From assembly GCA_003707115.1 (NCBI GenBank), contig PPNB01000037.1, positions 1 through 59,826 on the forward strand: a DNA stretch of 59,826 nt. The letters are read 5' to 3'. This DNA is from Tortispora ganteri (Eukaryota). Positions 54,033 through 59,826 of the stretch are shown here, one piece after another. The position numbers were made by a program, and so were the translations under genes. The notes below the pieces were generated by a model that saw only the letters and a program-made list of their open reading frames with translations, was not told the origin of the DNA and ran no database searches. The stretch's first letter is position 1; each line of letters begins with the position of its first letter.

Positions 54033-54165
54033 AACAACCATCAGGAAAGTCACTTCATCTATTCTAAAAGGTTGGCATTTTCATACGTAAACGGCGAAAT
54101 CCCGATAAAAGGCTGAAAGAAAAGTCTAGCTTTTTAGAATAATCTTTACACACAAGTAAGCAGCC

Positions 54166-54492
54166 ATGGTCCCCAAAATAATTGCTCCGTTTACCGAAGC
54201 CAACAAGGCCTATGTCTCTTCACTTTATAGGCAGGCATTGCGAACAAGTTTGAACTGGACTATTGATCGCAACTTATATAGAGTGGAGGCCGTCGGAATC
54301 AGGAGAAAATTCGACATAAATAAGAACGTTGCAGACCCTGCGATTTTGAAAAGTATCTACACTGTTACGGAGCAGATGCTGTACGAAACCACACATCCAG
54401 AACCTATCATCCCTCCGCAGAGGCCAGGTGGTACCAAATTCGAGCGTAATGCTCCTCCTGTTATGGACGAGCCTCTTCCCGGTCATTATTAA
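54166..54492 (+). CDS. Complex I LYR subunit NDUFB9/B22
   Basis: SLYRQALR..NW.IDR.LYR..IR.KFD.N; HPEPII.P..PGGTKFERN. Confidence 0.9.
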   Translation: MVPKIIAPFTEANKAYVSSLYRQALRTSLNWTIDRNLYRVEAVGIRRKFDINKNVADPAILKSIYTVTEQMLYETTHPEPIIPPQRPGGTKFERNAPPVMDEPLPGHY

Positions 54493-55211
54493 GCGTGTTT
54501 ACTGCCCCAGGATTCGTTATGTCTATATCATGATTAGCAATTGTTTTACCATTTGCACCTATATATATGATTCGTAGTCTTCCATATCTACCCCCTATCA
54601 GTTCTTACTCTCGAGTACGTACTCTTTGTATATACTATACGTTTGTCCTCGTTCCTTACGTTATTGGAGTCTATTTGGTCTTTTGTATCATTTTATATAT
54701 TAATACTATCGCCATCCTGTACAAGTTGTATTTTTACGTGCAGCGATTCCGTATTGTAAACTTATCCTAGCCCTTGGGTTCATAACATATAGCCTTTCCA
54801 GTAAATTGGGAAGGAAAGAGGCGAATATACCATAGAATTCAATGTAGATAAAATAGAAAAACTAGACGCCACTTAGCTTAATATATGATATATATAATAC
54901 ATTACACACTTGTTATGTACCAATGCTTTCTGCCAGCAAATAATTTGTTCAATTCGATCCTGTCCATCGAGGCTATGGAATCAATCGCTCTTAATCGATT
55001 TGTTGGCTATTGTTGAATCTATGACCTGCAAGGTCGCCATCAAGGCATGCACTGGGCGATTTAAGAGCATATTATACTGAAAGCGGTATAACATAGCATA
55101 ATAGAATACCAACAAACCAAGTTAGGGGTGACCGGACTACGATAGAAAACTACGCATAAATTTTCATTTCAAGTTCATCAGCTACTGTACAAACCTAGAT
55201 AGTCACCCAAA

Positions 55212-55610
55212 TTACAACTCCTGGCTAGCCTTACCTGGCTTAGCAGATTTCTTGGGCAACAAATTCTGGTGAATGTTAGGAAGGACACCACCTTGCGCGA
55301 TTGTGACGTGTCCAAGCAACTTATTCAACTCCTCATCATTGCGGATGGCCAACTGAAGATGGCGAGGAATGATACGAGTCTTCTTGTTGTCACGAGCAGC
55401 GTTACCAGCCAGCTCAAGAATTTCAGCTGCAAGGTACTCAAGGGCAGCAGCGAGATAGACAGGGGCACCAGCACCGATACGCTGAGCATAGTTGCCTTTG
55501 CGAAGAAGACGGTGAACACGTCCAACAGGGAAAGACAATCCTGCCTTAGCAGAACGAGATTGAGACTTAGAGCCAGAAGCAGCTTTTCCACCAGATTTTC
55601 CTCCAGACAT
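55212..55610 (-). CDS. HTA1: Histone H2A
   Basis: [18 protein letters not shown]-terminal SQEL. Confidence 0.98.
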   Translation of the reverse strand: MSGGKSGGKAASGSKSQSRSAKAGLSFPVGRVHRLLRKGNYAQRIGAGAPVYLAAALEYLAAEILELAGNAARDNKKTRIIPRHLQLAIRNDEELNKLLGHVTIAQGGVLPNIHQNLLPKKSAKPGKASQEL

Positions 55611-55745
55611 GATTTATTGATTTATTATTGTGTTAACTTTTTGTCGGATTAGACACAAAACTTGATCACAGATGACAAGAACTGAAAGTCGAGTAATCCC
55701 ACCCTATTTATAGTTTCTTGCCATCAACGGTCCGGCGGCGCCTTG

Positions 55746-56143
55746 CATAGCAACCATCAACAAACAATGCCACCATTCCCACGATTCCCATAGCAACCAT
55801 CAACACTTTCACAATTATATTGGTTGCCATGCGGGAATTACGATGTTTTTTGTCTCCAATATTTTGTATGGGATTTTTCAATGTCATGTGCTTGGGGTAT
55901 AAGCAATTCGTTCGAAAATTCTATATTGATTTAAACCAGCTTATTGGAAAATAATAATATAAAACAGATGTAAAAATTATATCAAAATGTAGCCAATAGT
56001 TTAAGCTTGTCTATAGAAATATAATTAGGCATATTTACTGCATAGTATGGTCAGTAGCAAAGAATTTTATGGTGAAATTTGGCAAGCCTTCAGATTAAGC
56101 TCAACATTCCTGTGTTGTCATGCAGTAATTGATGGTTGCTATG
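55746..56143. promoter_or_regulatory. Repeated CATAGCAACCATCAA element in the H2A/H2B divergent promoter
   Basis: 17-bp direct repeats at 55746-55762 and 55789-55805; inverted 15-bp copy at 56129-56143. Confidence 0.7.
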
Positions 56144-56279
56144 TAAACATCACCGTTGATGAAGAATTCAGGTTTCAACTATAAATACTCCCACTTCACC
56201 CCAGTAGTCGTTTTCCTGACCATCGTCTGAAATCTTGTACACCTGCAAGAAAAAGTAACACATATCTATAAACACAACA

Positions 56280-56684
56280 ATGGCCCCCAAAGCAGCTGAG
56301 AAGAAACCGGCCTCCAAGGCCCCCGCTGGAAAGGCTCCCTCTAAGGAAGCCGGAAAGAAGACCACTGCAGTCTCTGGCGATAAGAAGAAGCGCACTAAAT
56401 CTCGCAAGGAGACATACTCTTCGTACATCTACAAGGTCCTTAAGCAAGTCCACCCCGACACTGGTATTTCCAACCGTGCCATGTCTATCCTCAACTCTTT
56501 TGTCAACGATATCTTTGAGCGCATCGCCACCGAAGCCTCCAAGCTTGCCGCTTACAACAAGAAGAGCACTATTTCCTCTCGGGAAATCCAGACTGCTGTA
56601 CGTCTGATTCTTCCTGGTGAGCTTGCCAAGCACGCTGTATCTGAAGGCACTAAGGCTGTCACCAAATATTCTTCCAACGAGTAA
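56280..56684 (+). CDS. HTB1: Histone H2B
   Basis: [40 protein letters not shown]. Confidence 0.98.
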   Translation: MAPKAAEKKPASKAPAGKAPSKEAGKKTTAVSGDKKKRTKSRKETYSSYIYKVLKQVHPDTGISNRAMSILNSFVNDIFERIATEASKLAAYNKKSTISSREIQTAVRLILPGELAKHAVSEGTKAVTKYSSNE

Positions 56685-57077
56685 ACTGTGCCGCGTGGCT
56701 AATGGTTCGGGTATGGTGTCATGTATTACTCTTTGTACAATATGAAACTGCTATAATGTTCCTCCGCGTATGCCGTAGATTTAGTGAGCGAATGCTATAA
56801 TATGACGTATAGTCTCTTTTAAATTGACGCGAGTAAATTTACGTGGGTAGATTTAGAAGAGACTTCAAGGTATGAAACTTAAAGGTTTTCAGGCGTTGCG
56901 CGTCATGGTGGCTGACGAAGCTGATGTTTTACCATTAATTCTTCTATCTACGGATCGCTCTCGCCTAATTCAGTACAATAGAAAGAAATACGTGTTCAGT
57001 TTCAATACATCTATAATTCCATATATATTTTTATTCTACTTTGTTTAATATCTGGTGGCGGCAGAACCAGAACTTTT

Positions 57078-58079
57078 TCATTCTTTTCCGCCAAGCCATC
57101 TGTACACTACACTAAAGTCACGACCGGCGCAGTCTGGCTCCTTTTCTGCTGCCTTATAAACATTGTATGCGTCTTCTCCCAATGAAAGTTTAGATTCGGA
57201 GGTTTTAGCCGCTTCCAGGGCCAATCCAAGATCTTTGCGCATCAAGGATATGCCAAAACCTCCCTGATAATCGCGAGAAGCTGGCGCGGTCTCGATCACA
57301 CCCGGTACGGGATTGTTGACTTCCGAGGGCCAGCATCTACCGGTTGAAGTGTTCAATATACTGGCCAATACCTTTTTATCCAACCCAAGACGAATACCTA
57401 AGTTCATAGCCTCGGCAGTTGCAATGTTGTGAATAGCTAACGCGTAGTTGTTCGCCAACTTAGCTGCAATACCTGTTCCAGTCGCCCCACAGTTGACAAT
57501 GCGGCTACCCATAGTTTTTAAAAGTTTCTCAGCTTGAATGAATTCATCGCTCGGGCAGCCTACCATAAAAGTAAGTGTCCCGTTCTTTGCCCCGACAGTG
57601 CCTCCGGATACCGGAGCATCCCAAAAGGAAACGCCGAGCTTTTGCTTTACCAACGCAGCTATATCCTTTGTGGTTTGGGCATCAATAGTGCTACAGTCAA
57701 CAAATGTAGTGGTTTTGACATCACCTTTTAGAATCTCATCAAAAACCCCTCGAACGTGTTTCGGTTCTGGCAACATAGTTACGACAGTGTCAGACTTTTT
57801 GGCTACTTCGGACACATTGGTAGCTGCTGATACCTTTTCGGGGTGCTCTTTCATGAAGCGATGTAGGCTGTCTGCAACCACATCGAATACAACAAGGCTA
57901 TCATCCGGTTTTAACGACTTGTGAAGATTAGAAGCCATCGGGTAACCCATGTTTCCTAAACCAATAAACCCGTACGACTTATTCGCAAAGCTCGTGGTTG
58001 AAAACGACATTCGCGAAGAAGTCTTACTTAGGCTCGTAAGTTTTATTCTTAATAGTCTCATAGATTTCGGAGTAGCCAT
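57078..58079 (-). CDS. 3-hydroxyisobutyrate dehydrogenase, mitochondrial
   Basis: GFIGLGNMG, DAPVSGG, GTLTFMVG, AKLANN, STGRCW, GGFGISLMRKDLGLA. Confidence 0.93.
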   Translation of the reverse strand: MATPKSMRLLRIKLTSLSKTSSRMSFSTTSFANKSYGFIGLGNMGYPMASNLHKSLKPDDSLVVFDVVADSLHRFMKEHPEKVSAATNVSEVAKKSDTVVTMLPEPKHVRGVFDEILKGDVKTTTFVDCSTIDAQTTKDIAALVKQKLGVSFWDAPVSGGTVGAKNGTLTFMVGCPSDEFIQAEKLLKTMGSRIVNCGATGTGIAAKLANNYALAIHNIATAEAMNLGIRLGLDKKVLASILNTSTGRCWPSEVNNPVPGVIETAPASRDYQGGFGISLMRKDLGLALEAAKTSESKLSLGEDAYNVYKAAEKEPDCAGRDFSVVYRWLGGKE

Positions 58080-59826
58080 AATATTACAACGTGTATACAA
58101 GAGTGAAGTTTTCGAGTAGGAGAAGTTTTACCAATTACCGGAGAAAGGTGCGGAGTCATCTTACCCCGGACAATTCAACCAATCACATGTACGAACCCCG
58201 CCTAACTATATCAGTTCATCCAGAATGTACGCGGTAAGGATTTTCTCTGGTTGATTTTAGTACCTAACAAACATACAATTCAGAAACTTTGTAAGAATTC
58301 TAAAATATCACGATAACAATATTCAGGCTAGGGGAAAGGTCTACTGCCTCTCATGATCTCTATAGGAGCTATATTAACTGGCTAAAATGTCGGCTACCGC
58401 ACTAGCGACTTCTTCTCAAGTTTTATACTCATGAAAGTTTACAGGATTATTAGCATTCAGCTTATTATATTTAACTAGGCTGAATAAAACAGATTATCAA
58501 AATAAATACACACACACGCTGGATCAGTTGGGATCCAATTATGTGCCGAAGCTGGTTAATGCAATATCTTATCGATCGCTAACATATCGTGGGTAGTATA
58601 AAAATGTAATTGTCCTCGCCAGACTAAGTAGACAGTAACAGAAATATGAGGTATTTCTAGCAGCACTAGAGCTAAACTTTTGCCTACCAGCCATATTTTT
58701 AAGGTACCGACAACTACCGTCATAATGTCGCTACCGTCTATTATGTTATCCCAAGCTAACCCACAATAATTACAAATCTCTTATATAAGAAAATCGTCAA
58801 TGGCGCATCTTGAAATTCATGTTTGTATACTCCAAAAGTAGCCAAAAGCTTCAGAGGTATCGTACAAGGCTACAATCAAGGCCCTTTGCACCGTATATAC
58901 TGTAGCGCAATCAACAATATAAAGGTATCCTTCTGGGCTATCATTCGGTGTAATTCCTGCAAAAGAAACAAATAGCCGTACTTTTCTAACGCATTGCTAA
59001 AGTAAATATATTTTAAAAGTCAGACAAACTCACTTTGCTATGTCACTTAACAACCTTTATCTAAGAAGGTACGCAAAGAAAATAGAATTCAACAAGAGAT
59101 ATTAGGTTGCTTCACTACAATAAGTCAAAAACAAAACATCATCGGTAAACCACGAGAGATCTCTCAAGAATAGCGTAAAAATATGACACGGAATCAAAAT
59201 TTTAAGCAGCACGATTTGCTCTTGTAGTAACGTACAATCAAAAGTCGCAGCACTGCGTAGTACGTATCCATAGTAGCCGATACTGCGGAATAGTACCGTA
59301 GTAGCAACGCTCCGCTCGGTAGAAGGCTCACATGCACTAACACAGAGAAGGCTCAGCCATAATAATAAGAACTTTAAGTGAACTCACTTTCTTGAGCAGA
59401 ATTATTCTCTACTATCTAGGACTAATGCCATATCATCTATAACATTACTCCTTCATGGGATCCCTAGGAGCTAATTGCAAGCACTCAGCCAATAAGCTTC
59501 ACCGGGTATTGGATATTTAGACAAAATCCTAAACCTTGTCCATTTGACGCCATGCTGACACACAAATGGCGACGCAAATACGATCAGACTATTGCAAGGC
59601 GAATCCATGTACTCAAACCTTATCTCCTGGCCGTTACAACCGTCGTGCGGCTGTTAAGATTATTGATGGTGTCAAACCTTATTCTAAACGAGCCTGTCAA
59701 TCGCCCCGTCATATATACAACTCCCTCCCACCGCCCCCAGCCACCTTCACATCCGTCGCGGCTCATGTACTACATGGTAAAGCCCGCCAAAACCAAGCAA
59801 TCAACCAGTGAAATCCGTGATTGAGC

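Noticed and set aside
58100..59550. Long non-coding region with a near-repeat AATGTCG(G)CTACCG (58386, 58724)
   Set aside because: Repeat is too short, with no ORF or RNA structure to support a call
59552..59824. Two short + strand ORFs; one has a faint eL27-like GRY..PYS pattern
   Set aside because: Similarity is too weak, there is no recognisable domain, and they lie at the window edge

Overview
Gene-dense, intron-poor genomic DNA of an ascomycete yeast. It is probably an early-diverging Saccharomycotina-type lineage, inferred from a complex I subunit, short GTACGT..(TA/G)CTAAC..TAG introns and compact intergenic regions. Most of the window is conserved housekeeping genes: a GRX6/7-like glutaredoxin, a mitochondrial carrier, DHH1, SMC6, STR2, UTP22, POM152, RPS20, an Amo1/Nup42-like nucleoporin, a C2H2 transcription factor, a copper amine oxidase, UBC12, ILV5, MID1, COQ8, NCR1, 14-3-3, BRE1, KAP122, aminopeptidase P, KGD2, NDUFB9, an H2A/H2B pair and 3-hydroxyisobutyrate dehydrogenase. 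There are also tRNA-Phe(GAA) with an intron, tRNA-Arg(CCG) and a 100-N gap. The stretch at 24.3-31.7 kb is not housekeeping. (1) It has a cassette of three overlapping orphan genes: a C2H2/DUF3505-type protein ending in a degenerate tyrosine-recombinase-like domain (like the N-half of telomere-linked helicases) and two RPA32/Stn1-like single-OB-fold genes. (2) It has a copper amine oxidase with a metallothionein-like 11-Cys tail, divergent from a secreted His/Asp/Cys-rich Kex2-type precursor, a possible metal-handling module. Other oddities are a POM152 with no usable AUG, a 12-aa insertion in RPS20 and a repeated 15-17 bp histone-promoter element. All family calls come from motif recognition by eye; no searches were run.
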